From Fibrobacteria bacterium (lineage in GTDB: Bacteria; Fibrobacterota; Fibrobacteria; UBA11236), in the NCBI GenBank assembly GCA_043721115.1, contig JAYSRH010000172.1:1-37239 (forward strand): DNA of 37,239 nt, written 5' to 3'. Made by a program: the position numbers and the translations under genes. Of this stretch, positions 1 to 9,589 are shown piece after piece (position 1 is the first letter of the stretch; the number at the start of each line of letters is the position of its first letter). Below the pieces are notes generated by a model, which did no database searches, was not told the origin of the DNA, and was given only the letters and a program-made list of their open reading frames with translations.

Positions 1-645
1 GAGAACGAAACCAGCTACGTTGAGAAACCATTTTGGGGGATATTGATCTGCTGCCTGTGGAAGCAATTTGGCCAATGCCGTGAAATCCTCCCGGACCACG
101 GGCTTTCTGCCTAAAAAGAAAGGGAGGTAATAATTGCTGACCAGCCGCAGGTAGCGCAGTTCGGTTTGCACCGGGTCCCGGGCTACAGCGGAATCAAGCA
201 TAGGAATACCTGCCTCCAAATTTTTCCATTTGCGATTCAGGTTGAGGCCATGCTTGGCCTGTACGACTCTAATGGCTCCCGAATATCCCAGCAGCAGATT
301 CTGGGCTATTTCATCCTTCCCAAGCGCTTTTTTTAAAAAGAGAATTTCCTCATTCCCGCGATTCAAATATTCTTTTTCCTTTACGCCCAGGACAAAAAGA
401 ATTCGCAGCCTATCCAGATGGGGATTCAAGCTATCGGGTGAATGTCGTATTCTCGCATCGGCGGATGAGAGTTCCATCAGGCCTGTAGAAAAAACATCCT
501 TACGATCGGGTGGCGCAACCGTGTCCGAATTATCCGCAAGATTCCTAACGAACTTTTCCTGCAGGGGTGATGCGCCGTCGGAAAAGGTCAATCCGGCAAT
601 CACCAAGATTACAAAGACTCTAAAAAATCGTCCCTTAATTTCCAT
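1..645 (-). CDS. hypothetical secreted protein, 3' end beyond the window (absent from the supplied ORF track)
   Basis: Hand translation of the minus strand from ATG 645..643 gives 215 stop-free codons down to base 1. The N-terminus MEIKGRFFRVFVILVIAGLTFSDG looks like a signal peptide. The start overlaps the stop of the upstream synthase gene by 11 nt. The + strand ORF 230..691 is its shadow. Confidence 0.6.
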   Translation of the reverse strand, partial: MEIKGRFFRVFVILVIAGLTFSDGASPLQEKFVRNLADNSDTVAPPDRKDVFSTGLMELSSADARIRHSPDSLNPHLDRLRILFVLGVKEKEYLNRGNEEILFLKKALGKDEIAQNLLLGYSGAIRVVQAKHGLNLNRKWKNLEAGIPMLDSAVARDPVQTELRYLRLVSNYYLPFFLGRKPVVREDFTALAKLLPQAADQYPPKWFLNVAGFVL

Positions 646-1597
646 ATACAACATCTCCTTCCATAGCCGGAAATTGGATAGCCGGAAATAGATTTCGAAT
701 GAAGGGTAGAATCCACATAGCCCGCACTCCTATCCCCATTTTCGCCGCTGTCGACGAATGGGCGCGCAGACGGAAATTATCATACTTGTTTCTCCTGAGA
801 GACGTATGGATTTCCCGATAGACCAATGCCGAAACCAAAGACGGTCTTTGGAAAAAATCAGGTAGGGAAGGGATTCCCAGGAAAGCCATACGGTAACGAC
901 GTTCGGCGGCCGACATCAACTCTTCCATCAATGCTCCGTATGCGGGAGGGGGCAGGCTTTTCCCTCCCCAGGGGGAAGCAAATGTTCCCGGTTCAAACCC
1001 ATGACGTGCCAAAGCATCTACCGGCAAATAAACGCGCCCACGTCCCAAGTCTTCACCCACGTCACGCAAGATATTGGTGAGTTGCATGGCATGTCCCAGA
1101 TCCGCAGCTCGCGCCAAGACCCATGGATTCCTGACGCCGACAAGTTCTGTCAGCCATTGTCCAACAACACCGGCCACCCGGTAGGTATAGACTTCTAATT
1201 CACCGAGATTGGCATAAAGGCGAGGGCGTACGTCCATCCGCATTCCTTCGATCAACTCCGCCGCGTATTTGAACGGCACACCTAACTCTCCCATCCGAAT
1301 CAAGGGAATATCCAGCATGGCAATGCCTGTAGAGATGCCGTTATAAGCCTGATGCGCCAGGGCCTCCCATTGCAAAAGCCGTTCGTCCATTTCCTCCACA
1401 CTAACACCTTTGGCTTCATCCACTAAATCATCCGTCAATCGGCAAAAGGCATACACTTCCGCAACCTGTCGTGCTTGCACATCCGGTAAAAACCGGGCGG
1501 CGAAGCGGAAGGAACGGCTGTTCCGGGCCAGGTATCCAATGGGATCCTGGAGGGATAAGCTACTCGTCAAATCAAGAAGCCACGATGGATGTTTCAT
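635..1597 (-). CDS. crtB: phytoene/squalene synthase family protein (CrtB-like)
   Basis: Shows isoprenoid head-to-head synthase motifs: FRFAARFLP, YAFCRLTDDLVDE (first Asp-rich box) and NILRDVGEDLGRGRVYLP (second box). The preferred start is ATG 1597..1595 (MKHPSW...), which forms an ATGA overlap with the stop of the upstream regulator. Confidence 0.85.
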   Translation of the reverse strand: MKHPSWLLDLTSSLSLQDPIGYLARNSRSFRFAARFLPDVQARQVAEVYAFCRLTDDLVDEAKGVSVEEMDERLLQWEALAHQAYNGISTGIAMLDIPLIRMGELGVPFKYAAELIEGMRMDVRPRLYANLGELEVYTYRVAGVVGQWLTELVGVRNPWVLARAADLGHAMQLTNILRDVGEDLGRGRVYLPVDALARHGFEPGTFASPWGGKSLPPPAYGALMEELMSAAERRYRMAFLGIPSLPDFFQRPSLVSALVYREIHTSLRRNKYDNFRLRAHSSTAAKMGIGVRAMWILPFIRNLFPAIQFPAMEGDVVYGN

Positions 1598-2538
1598 GTT
1601 TTGCCTTTTCGGTGCTTGGTTTCTTTTTGAAGGCGCGCCTTCGCCCATTCATAAAGGCTTTCCGTATCTTTTACAATGCGTATGGAAAGAAATGGCCAGC
1701 GATCTTTATCATACTCGTCATTTCTGATTCCTGAACCACCCATCACTAAATGGTAGGGTGCGCTCTCTTTATACAGTCTCCCCATAATGCCCGCACAGCG
1801 TCTGGCATCAGCGCCGACACTGGGAGAAACAAAGGAGATGGCCACCATGCTGGCCTTAAGCTCGGCTTGAATGCCCGCAAATTCATCGAAGGGAACGTTG
1901 GAGCCCAAATAACAGACTTCCCATCCTGCTTCTTCCAAGGCCAAGCGAGCGAACATGGCTCCGATTTCATGGAGGCAGAATTCCGCGCTGCCTACCAGAG
2001 CAAGTGGCGCATTCTTCCCAAGAGTATCGTTGCCTTCCCTGCGTAAACCATACAAGGAGTCCAGAACCTTTTGGGTGAAACGATGTTCATGCGCGATAGT
2101 ACGTGTACCATCTGCCCATTCTCGACCGATCCTTCGCAGTGCTTCGGCAACACCTAAATCAAAAGTTCTTGTTATAGGAATGTCGAATGCTTCCCGTAAG
2201 TACCGTAGCATTTCCACCAGGTAACTGGGTGGTTTTGTATCGCAAAACCGCACGATCAGATCCGTGAGAGGCAAAAAGTTGTTTCGTTCCCGGCAAGCCA
2301 AAGCTGCCAAGGCAAGTTCGACTTCATAAGGGGTGAACCGCAACAAGGTGGCATCGGGTCTTTCTTTTCTCATGAAGTCGATCAAATCAGGCAAGGCGAT
2401 GCGACGATGCCCTCCCTTGGTATTCGCTAATTTCAGGCGCCCCTCATTGGTCCAACGCTTCATGGAGGATTCGTGAACTTGCAATAGTTCCGCGGCTTGG
2501 GAACTGGTGAGCATGGGGAGGGTTTGAATCATTTTCAT
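1594..2538 (-). CDS. MerR/excisionase-type HTH regulator with C-terminal cobalamin (B12)-binding domain (CarH/LitR-like)
   Basis: The N-terminal HTH is LTSSQAAELLQVHESSMKRWTNEGRLKLANTKGGHRRIALPDLIDFM. The C-terminal B12-binding Rossmann region is LALVGSAEFCLHEIGAMFARLALEEAGWEVCYLGSNVP...MVAISF...LVMGGSG, with an xHxxG-type motif (LHEIG). It sits directly upstream of the carotenoid-type synthase. Confidence 0.75.
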   Translation of the reverse strand: MKMIQTLPMLTSSQAAELLQVHESSMKRWTNEGRLKLANTKGGHRRIALPDLIDFMRKERPDATLLRFTPYEVELALAALACRERNNFLPLTDLIVRFCDTKPPSYLVEMLRYLREAFDIPITRTFDLGVAEALRRIGREWADGTRTIAHEHRFTQKVLDSLYGLRREGNDTLGKNAPLALVGSAEFCLHEIGAMFARLALEEAGWEVCYLGSNVPFDEFAGIQAELKASMVAISFVSPSVGADARRCAGIMGRLYKESAPYHLVMGGSGIRNDEYDKDRWPFLSIRIVKDTESLYEWAKARLQKETKHRKGKT

Positions 2539-2583
2539 AAAATAGTCCTTTCAATACGCTCATAACTACTATTTTAATCTAAT

Positions 2584-2614
2584 TAAACGTCTATTATTTC
2601 AAAATGAACGTTTA
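2584..2614. promoter_or_regulatory. candidate operator: inverted repeat TAAACGT-N17-ACGTTTA in the divergent regulator/punA intergenic region
   Basis: Perfect 7-bp arms at 2584..2590 and 2608..2614. An extended -10-like TGgTATATT lies immediately downstream. Location fits autoregulation by the HTH/B12 protein. This is a sequence observation only. Confidence 0.3.
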
Positions 2615-2691
2615 TGGTATATTCCCTATGCTACATTCTTTTTTGTGAATTGTAGGCCGCTTGATATTGAAACCAAATTAATTGGAGGAGC

Positions 2692-3516
2692 ATGCACTCA
2701 TTGTTAGAGAAAATTGAAGCCGCCCGCCTTTATGTAGCCGGGATCTCCCACCTGTCCCCGGAAGTTGGGATTATTTTGGGAACCGGCCTCGGTTCACTCG
2801 CCGATTCCTTGCAAATCGAAACACAAATTCCATATGCGGACATCCCGCATATGCCACAGACTACAGTCGATGGACATGAGGGGAAATTTCTGCTCGGTAG
2901 GCTAAAGGACAAACCAGTAGCGGTTATACAAGGCCGATTGCATTTCTACGAGGGATTTACCATGGAAGAAATCGCCTTTCCAGTTCGATTGATGAAAGCC
3001 TTGGGCATACACTCATTGCTGATCACCAATATTGCTGGCGCAGTGAATCCAGCTTTTTCCCTTGGCGACATCATGATTCTCACCGACCACATCAATCTGC
3101 TAGGTTCCAATCCCCTCATTGGAAAAAATTACGACGCCTTAGGTCCCCGCTTTCCGGATATGAGCGAACCCTATACTCGCGAATACATCCGGAAAATTTC
3201 TGCCTTGGGCGAGTCCTTGAATCTCAAATTGAAGAAGGGGGTGTATGCGGGGATGACCGGACCGTGCTTGGAAACCGCTGCCGAGTATCGAATGCTGCGT
3301 ATTATCGGTGCCGACGCTGTGGGCATGTCGACTATTCCGGAAGTGATCGCAGCCGTGCACGGAGGGTTAAAAGTGCTGGCTCTCAGTCTTATTACGGATG
3401 TTTGTGATCCGGCAAATCTTAAGCCCATCAATATTCCGGAAATTATGAGGGTGGTTAAGGAAGCAGAGCCCAATATGGCCCATCTGATTAGGGAAATTCT
3501 ACCGCTGACTATCTAG
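2692..3516 (+). CDS. punA: purine nucleoside phosphorylase (PNP family 2, inosine/guanosine type)
   Basis: Motifs GIILGTGLGSLAD, HEGKFLLGRL, VIQGRLHFYEG, NIAGAVNP, GPRFPDMSEPY and GMTGPCLETAAEYRMLRIIGADAVGMSTIPEVIAA. RBS GGAGGAG lies 3 nt before the ATG. Confidence 0.9.
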   Translation: MHSLLEKIEAARLYVAGISHLSPEVGIILGTGLGSLADSLQIETQIPYADIPHMPQTTVDGHEGKFLLGRLKDKPVAVIQGRLHFYEGFTMEEIAFPVRLMKALGIHSLLITNIAGAVNPAFSLGDIMILTDHINLLGSNPLIGKNYDALGPRFPDMSEPYTREYIRKISALGESLNLKLKKGVYAGMTGPCLETAAEYRMLRIIGADAVGMSTIPEVIAAVHGGLKVLALSLITDVCDPANLKPINIPEIMRVVKEAEPNMAHLIREILPLTI

Positions 3517-3611
3517 GCTAGCTCTGTGAAAAGCCCGTCCAGTACAAGATTAATATTAAACTTGGCCAAAGAGATGTTCTGTCGATTTTGAGTGCCTATA
3601 AAAAAAGAAGT

Positions 3612-5027
3612 TTATCCTCCAGGCTTTTTGGTCATCCTATAATAGATATCGTCTCGATTCCATCTTGATGAATATTTAGTCTTTATTGTGGGAGTGCTGC
3701 TTTTAGCAAGGCCGGACGCTTTGCTTGAACTAAGCACATTTAGTAAAGCTTCTTCCTGACCCTGCATATTCTCTATCCAGTAGACCGCGTTTCCGATTTG
3801 CGAAATATTTATGCGGGTATTTGGATTAATTAAAATTGAACGAACACCTGTATTGTTAGGTAAATCCGTTACCATAGTAGAATCCCATATTTTTCGTTTC
3901 AAATTTTTAGAATAAAGCATCGATCGGAATTCCGCGGCTTGCGCATTTAATTCAAACGAAAAACACCAGATAAAATTACCATCGGTTTGGTAATTATCAT
4001 TGGTATAGAAAAGGTGATCGCCGGTCCAGCCCAGTGCATCCTTTGCTACAGAGGAAGGTAATTCATCCTTTAGCATTCCGATAATATTTAGAATGCCCAA
4101 ATTAGCGTCTTCAATGTAATCGTTCGTTTTTGTAAAGATGATTGAGCGAATGGCTTCAGCAGGAAACTGGTGGTAAGCCACTTTTTTCCCTGTAATGGTT
4201 TCGGCGCTGGTTAAACCCTTGTCCTTCAAAGCAGCATTGACAGATCCCCAAGTATTATTGGAATATTTAAATAAATCTCGAATGAAAGCAGGGCCTATCA
4301 AGTAAGGGGAGAATGTCGTATATGTTAAATAAAATTCATTCAATGGGACATGGCTCAGAAGCTGAGGAAAATCAAACATCATATTTTTATTTAAATCAAT
4401 GCTGCTTTCTTGTTTGCTAAAAATCATTGCGTTGTATTCCGCGTCGCCCTCGATAACCATTCTGCGAGCAAACATAAAATCAACCTGTTGTTCTGCGTTT
4501 TGGGCTACTGAAGCTATATCTTTGTTAAAAACATCTAAGGCCTGATCTTGAAGGGCGTGAACGAGTTCGTGATAGATCGTATGTTTGAATTCCTCCCATT
4601 CCTCAATGGTTGGAATGGAATCACTTTTGATCACATATATTGTATCAGAATGCGGGATGTAAAAGCCCGCTACCGAGGAACCACTTAGCCCTTCTGATGA
4701 TTTATTGATTTCATAAGCGCTGTCTTCAACAATCCCCAATTGATAAATCTCTCGGTTAAAAAACTTATCCCCTTGAGAAACCGTGTTGTCTGCTTCCTTT
4801 CCTTGTTGCTGAATAAATTGTTGGCGGGACAGTGTGAGCGGAGTGATATGGCGCTTAAATTTAAGTCCCCGATTGACCTCGATGATAGGCATTAAAGAGT
4901 CCAATAATGCTACCACCTCAGGACTAATCGTGCCTATACTGCCTGGGGTAGGTCTAGGGTTTGCATCAAAAATACACCCGTTAAAAAACGAAATACAAAT
5001 CAGTATTCCATAAGTGATCTTATTCAT
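3612..5027 (-). CDS. putative zinc-metalloprotease-like lipoprotein (HExxH)
   Basis: Preferred start is MNKITYGILICISFFNGC (lipobox Cys). It has a single HExxH motif (IYHELVHALQD). It is an AT-rich gene with no closer family recognised. Confidence 0.6.
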   Translation of the reverse strand: MNKITYGILICISFFNGCIFDANPRPTPGSIGTISPEVVALLDSLMPIIEVNRGLKFKRHITPLTLSRQQFIQQQGKEADNTVSQGDKFFNREIYQLGIVEDSAYEINKSSEGLSGSSVAGFYIPHSDTIYVIKSDSIPTIEEWEEFKHTIYHELVHALQDQALDVFNKDIASVAQNAEQQVDFMFARRMVIEGDAEYNAMIFSKQESSIDLNKNMMFDFPQLLSHVPLNEFYLTYTTFSPYLIGPAFIRDLFKYSNNTWGSVNAALKDKGLTSAETITGKKVAYHQFPAEAIRSIIFTKTNDYIEDANLGILNIIGMLKDELPSSVAKDALGWTGDHLFYTNDNYQTDGNFIWCFSFELNAQAAEFRSMLYSKNLKRKIWDSTMVTDLPNNTGVRSILINPNTRINISQIGNAVYWIENMQGQEEALLNVLSSSKASGLAKSSTPTIKTKYSSRWNRDDIYYRMTKKPGG

Positions 5028-5113
5028 TTTTTCCTTGCATTTACAGGGGAATAAAACCAAGCTAATAAATCGGGAAGAAAGACCCAAGGTCCTAAGAGGA
5101 AATCAAACTGATT

Positions 5114-5392
5114 GTGAATCGCAGCCACCTACTTGAACGACTCGACCTCGGTGGCCTCTTCACTTGGAGACGATTTTGGAAGCTGGACTCCAACAAATGG
5201 GACAGGCGCCAGCGGACAATAATAGGTGATGGCAATTATAAAGTTTCAGAAACTTATCACGGATGCCTAGAAGGCGAAGGAATAGGAAAATGGAAATTGG
5301 CATCCGATGAAATTGCTCTTCCTGACGCTGTAGAAAAAATAAGGAATATAACTGAACGATCTTCCGAATTGGTTTCCCGCGATGCAATTTAG
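5114..5392 (+). CDS. hypothetical small protein (weak call)
   Basis: 92-codon ORF with a GTG start in AT-rich DNA. No recognisable motif and no convincing RBS. Confidence 0.25.
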   Translation: MNRSHLLERLDLGGLFTWRRFWKLDSNKWDRRQRTIIGDGNYKVSETYHGCLEGEGIGKWKLASDEIALPDAVEKIRNITERSSELVSRDAI

Positions 5393-5582
5393 GCTGTGAC
5401 CTGTACCCACTTTATTGGACACACTGAACAGGTATATTATAAGAATGGAAAAATATTTGCCTCATTAGCGTTTGTCATAGCTCCCATTCAGCTTTAAACT
5501 CATGACCCAGTGACTCCCGACACAGTCACAAACCCAGATCCAGCCACCATGTCACCATCCAGGCTGGGAAGAAGAATTATTT

Positions 5583-5705
5583 AAAATGGCAAAGGTTAAG
5601 GTGAAAATTGCCAATCCGAAGAAAGAATAAAACCTTAGAAGCTGTGGAGTAAGGGGGTAGGCGAAGCATTCTTCTAGTCCTTCAATTGCATTTCCGAAAC
5701 CGACT
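5583..5705 (+). repeat. copy A of a ~120-bp diverged direct repeat carrying a mini-ORF (5586..5630, MAKVKVKIANPKKE)
   Basis: Hand alignment to 10378..10502 gives about 75 percent identity over about 100 nt plus a weaker tail. Shared blocks are ATGGCnAAGGTnAAnGTGAAAA, AATAAAA, GGGTAGGnGAAGCATTC. Confidence 0.75.
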
Positions 5706-5819
5706 CCGGCGAGCTACGTTAATCATCATTTGTCCTGCGACCCCTTAAAGAATTCCCGGAGCCTATAACTCTGAAAAAGAGAGTGCAACAAATGTCGTTT
5801 ATCTATGCATTGTTTTGAC

Positions 5820-6972
5820 ATGGCACAATCACATTTCGAAGAGCCCGGTGCTGGAATTCCGCACGCCGGGTTCTTGGCAAAAAATTGGGGAAAACGCCTT
5901 GGGTATTTGCTCGGAATCACATTGCTGTCGGTAATCCTGTTGATCGCCGCCGTACTCTGATTAGGTGTTTCCAAGGATATCCACACCTGGAAACCGCCGG
6001 AAGGCCTGCGCGCCGATGCCGGCCATCTGGATCCCGTGAAAATGGGAAAGGTCGTCGAGGTCTCTCCGGATTCGGCCGAGGCGGTGGCCCAGATCGTCGC
6101 CGCCCTAGCGGAGGCGCACACCCGCGGGCTCAAGGTTTCCATTTCCGGAGCTCGCCACAGCATGGGCGGCCAAACCGCCTATCTGGACGGCCAAGGCTAC
6201 GCGGTGCGCATCATGCAGTCGAACAATCCCTTCACGGTGGGCGGCACGCTTTCGGTCAACGCCCACGGCTGGCAGCACAACCAACCGCCCTTCGTCTCCA
6301 GAGTGGATGGGTTTCGTTTGATGACTGCGGACGGCGCAGTGAAGAATTGCAGCCGTTCTGAGAACGCGGAGCTGTTCAAAGCGGCCGCAGGAGTACCCGG
6401 CGCGTTACTATGCCCTCGTGGACGACGATTCCTCTCTGGGCCTCGTGTACGGGCGGCTTTCCATCGCTCCGTCCTCCTTCTTGTCCAAGGCCCTGATGAC
6501 GCGCTACATCAAGGTTCAGGGCGCGCCCATCCCTTTACCCGCGCATAGGGACGACGCATCGCTGATGGACAAGGTCAAGCATTGGATTTTCCTGGCCACG
6601 CGCAACCGCATCCTGGACGATCCCATCGACCTGTTCGAGAACCACGATTCCACACGCACGCAATTGCTGCATGAGTATTTCATCCCGCGAGATTCCCTGG
6701 AGGCCTTCTTGGTCCAGGCGCGAAAAATCATCCCGGCCCACGCCGGCGATCTGCTCAACCTCACCGTGCGCAGCCTGCGCGCCGATTCGGACGCTGTCCT
6801 AGCTTATGCCCGGCAGGACGTGTTCTCGCTGGTGATGCTGTATTCCCAACGGACGAATGCGGAGGGGGAAAAATCCATGGCGGCCGCCTTTTTCGCACTC
6901 AAGCGCAAATGCGATCCGGAAGAGATCTTTCAGAACAAGTTCTACCAGGAATATGGCCATCCCGCCCATTAG
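5820..6972 (+). pseudogene. decayed FAD-binding (PCMH-type) oxidase / lactone-oxidase-like gene
   Basis: ATG 5820 opens an N-terminal TM helix (KRLGYLLGITLLSVILLIAAVL), then an in-frame TGA at 5958..5960. The FAD-domain motifs follow (VSPDSAEAVAQIVAALAEAHTRGLKVSISGARHSMGGQ, TVGGTLSVNAHG). Too few residues separate these motifs, which suggests an internal deletion. The frame changes between about 6390 and 6420, and the C-terminal part continues (HEYFIPRDSLEAFL...KRKCDPEEIFQNKFYQEYG). Very GC-rich. Confidence 0.7.
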
Positions 6973-6980
6973 GAGTAAGC

Positions 6981-7214
6981 ATGGCCACCGGTCATAAAGG
7001 TACTTTCAAGGGCAATGTCCTCATCCAGAAACTGGCGTGGTTCTACGCCGCCAACTTCCTTTTCATCTTCATTATTTCCCATTGGCCCGGCCTCACGGAC
7101 TTCTCCATCACCACCTTCGGCCGCAATCTGCCGCATATCGTAATCCCCGTAAGCATGATGGCTATCGGGTTCGTGCTGGCGCGGCTCAAGCAGGCGCGCG
7201 CGAAAGCGGGTTGA
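6981..7214 (+). CDS. small integral membrane protein, hypothetical
   Basis: ATG 6981 is preceded by AGGAG. The 77-aa product has two hydrophobic helices (LAWFYAANFLFIFIISHW, IVIPVSMMAIGFVLA). It lies in the GC-rich cassette between two decayed genes. Confidence 0.5.
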   Translation: MATGHKGTFKGNVLIQKLAWFYAANFLFIFIISHWPGLTDFSITTFGRNLPHIVIPVSMMAIGFVLARLKQARAKAG

Positions 7215-7220
7215 TCTCCA

Positions 7221-8082
7221 ATGCGTAAGCGCAGAATCCTCTTGCTCGCCGCAGCGGCCGCGGTTATGGCCGAGGGCTTATCGGTCATGGTCTTCAAGCG
7301 ACGTTGCGCCGCGGCTAAACATAATTTCATACCGGTTTCCGCGGTTTTTCCGGAAGCCCTTAGGCGCGCGCAGGACTCGATCCCGAAATACCGCTGCCCT
7401 GAAGAAAGCACCTACTACGAGCGGATTCCCGTACTTGGCTTCCATCCGCCAATGCTGGACCGGATTCTGCGAGACCTGCGGAGCGACCCGCGAGCGGTAT
7501 CCGTTCAATGGCGGCAACTACCTGATGCTTACCGTGATCGGCGTCAGCTTCACGGCCGAGTACGCTATCAAGGAGGCCTGGGAAAACACCCTTGGGCGTT
7601 TTACGGAGTGGATTGCCGGCGGACAGCGCGTTTCCGAAGACGATTTCGCCGCGCGGGCGGCATACGATTAAGGCGCCTTCATCCCCACCGATCCCTGGTA
7701 CATGTTCCCCTTCCCCAAGAAGCTGAGTGAGGTCTGGAGCGATAATCCCTTCTGGGGGCATAACTTCATCCGCAAATGCGAGCGCAAAGTTTTTCTGACC
7801 TTGGAGTTCGGAGTCAAAAGCGTATACGCATGGCTGATCAAGATGGGAACACATTCCGTTTACGGAATCGCCGAAACCGAGGTTTACGCGTCCTTATTGT
7901 GCCCACCGGATTCTTTCTTCGCGGACCCGCGCGTGCGCCGCATCCTCGCCGTGAACGACAGTATCGCGATCGTTACCCTGCCGCATTACCAGGGCTTCAC
8001 CGACGCCGTACCCAGTCTGGCAGCGACACTGAACGATATGCCCGCCCAGGGCGCGCGGCTGGAACACTTTTTCGACTACTGA
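7221..8082 (+). pseudogene. decayed gene of unknown family (frameshift plus in-frame TAA)
   Basis: The N-terminal signal/TM segment MRKRRILLLAAAAAVMAEGL reads in frame 0. Plausible coding moves to frame 1 near 7440-7490 (RERYPFNGGNYLMLTVIGVSFTAEYAIKEAW...AARAAYD). A TAA at 7669..7671 follows, and the same frame stays open to 8082 (GAFIPTDPWYMFPFPKKLSEVW...). Confidence 0.6.
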
Positions 8083-8177
8083 GAAAATATTTTCATCGAA
8101 AAAGCCTGGCCACGCCTATTTAATATCTTCTGATGCTTGACTCCCTAGCCCGCCGAATTACCTAAATTTTGTAGATA

Positions 8178-8660
8178 ATGGAGCCAAGTCACCAAATACG
8201 GGCTATTAATTTCAAGATTAAAAAAGCGACCTTTAAAAACCTTGATCCAATTTCAATAATGTTCAATGACTATCGCGTTTTCTATAGAAAGAATCCGGAC
8301 ATAAACCTATCGCGAAGATTCATAAGCGATCGACTAATAAAAAAAGATTCCTGTATCTTGATCGCAATTTCAAGCTCAGGTAAAATCATGGGTTTCACTC
8401 AGCTTTACCCAAGCTTCTCATCTGTTGTCGCGAAGAAAATTTTTGTCTTGAATGACCTTTTTGTAATCGATGAGTTTAGAAGAATGGGCGTGGCCAAAAA
8501 ATTAATTGAAGAAAGTATTGGAATGGCTAGAAAGCTCCATTGTGCTCGCGTAGATCTTGCAACAGAGAAGATTAATAAAGGCGCGCAAAAACTATATGAC
8601 ACAATGGGATTCGTTGAGAATTATTGCTACAAATATTATAGCAAGTCTATCGCGAAGTAA
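8178..8660 (+). CDS. GNAT family N-acetyltransferase
   Basis: Acetyl-CoA binding motif FVIDEFRRMGVAKKLIEESI and C-terminal NKGAQKLYDTMGF. AT-rich. Confidence 0.75.
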   Translation: MEPSHQIRAINFKIKKATFKNLDPISIMFNDYRVFYRKNPDINLSRRFISDRLIKKDSCILIAISSSGKIMGFTQLYPSFSSVVAKKIFVLNDLFVIDEFRRMGVAKKLIEESIGMARKLHCARVDLATEKINKGAQKLYDTMGFVENYCYKYYSKSIAK

Positions 8661-8775
8661 GTTGAATTCAAGCAAATTTAAAACAAGTACGTTTTAATCC
8701 AGAAGGATGCAATCGGTTCTCCGAATGAGCAACCCGAGCTCGCAGGTTAATGGCTAGTTTTATGGACGGAATAAA

Positions 8776-9552
8776 ATGAATCAGGAAAAAAGACCCATAT
8801 TCAGAATTTGTTTGCTTATAATCGGACTTGCAACGGCATTTGGAAATAAAGGTGGCAGCCTCGAGGTACATCAGGCCTCGGCGGTTTTGAATGTCGTTAC
8901 TATTGCGAACCAAACCGCGTCAAAAAAAGTTCAGTACTTTGTATGTGTGAGGGATTCAGACCCGAAGCCCGAATTGAAGGAAAAAATAACCAAGCTTTTG
9001 CCAAATATTAAATGGTGTTCCGAATTTAAAATTTCAGATCGAAAAGGAAACAAGGAATACGAAGTCGTAAATCTCATTGAACCTTTCGTTTTACCTGCAA
9101 AGGAATACGTTTTTACAATCAAAGGAAGAAGAAAATTCCGATGCGAAATTCCATTCGATAACGGATACCCGACCTCAAAAACTGACTGCATAGAATTATT
9201 TCCAACGACCAATGCCATCATGGCAAGATCCAAGATATGGGAGCTTAGGCCTCTGAAACAAAATGCAATCTGTTGGTGTATTATCCGGGATTTGGATTCG
9301 TCTGACAAGCTGTTGCATATTGAGGTCGTGTGTCGGAAAAACGGGGCAGAAAGTTGGGATCTTGAGAAAATCCTGCCTCACTTGGCTATTACACAGACAG
9401 CTCTAGAAAAAAGTCTAGTGAATCCAAATAAAAAAGGGGATGTATACCCAGAACAATATGAAGAGCAGTTCACAAAATGGAAGGAAGAAAGAAGCAGAGG
9501 CCCAGCCTATATCTGTGATGAAAGTATTGAAAAATGCTTGGTGAAAAAATAA
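8776..9552 (+). CDS. hypothetical Cys-rich secreted protein
   Basis: Signal-like N-terminus (RPIFRICLLIIGLATAFG) and about ten further Cys in the mature part. No family recognised. Confidence 0.55.
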   Translation: MNQEKRPIFRICLLIIGLATAFGNKGGSLEVHQASAVLNVVTIANQTASKKVQYFVCVRDSDPKPELKEKITKLLPNIKWCSEFKISDRKGNKEYEVVNLIEPFVLPAKEYVFTIKGRRKFRCEIPFDNGYPTSKTDCIELFPTTNAIMARSKIWELRPLKQNAICWCIIRDLDSSDKLLHIEVVCRKNGAESWDLEKILPHLAITQTALEKSLVNPNKKGDVYPEQYEEQFTKWKEERSRGPAYICDESIEKCLVKK

Positions 9553-9589
9553 AAGTAGTTAGAAAATTTAAATAGTGCGGAAGAGTAAT

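Noticed and set aside
230-691. 153-codon + strand ORF at the start of the window
   Set aside because: It has a TTG start and a low-complexity, Arg/Ser/Phe-rich translation. It lies exactly antisense to a cleaner 215-codon minus-strand ORF with a signal peptide and operon-style overlap with the synthase gene. I treat it as a shadow ORF.
2620-2691. punA 5' leader checked for purine or B12 riboswitch features
   Set aside because: It is too short (~70 nt) and lacks the conserved junction sequences of either riboswitch class that I can recall.
5791-5802. 12-mer AATGTCGTTTAT shared between 5791..5802 and 34876..34887, both at edges of GC-rich segments
   Set aside because: In a 37-kb window tens of exact 12-mer coincidences are expected by chance. 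The flanking sequence does not align.
5726-8123. Many long overlapping ORFs on both strands (e.g. 5726..6163 -, 5885..6361 +, 7043..7411 -, 7360..7854 -, 7776..8123 +)
   Set aside because: They are an expected artefact of very high GC content, where stop codons are few. Their translations are Arg/Gly/Pro-rich and lack motifs. The frames carrying recognisable FAD-oxidase and other protein-like sequence explain the region.
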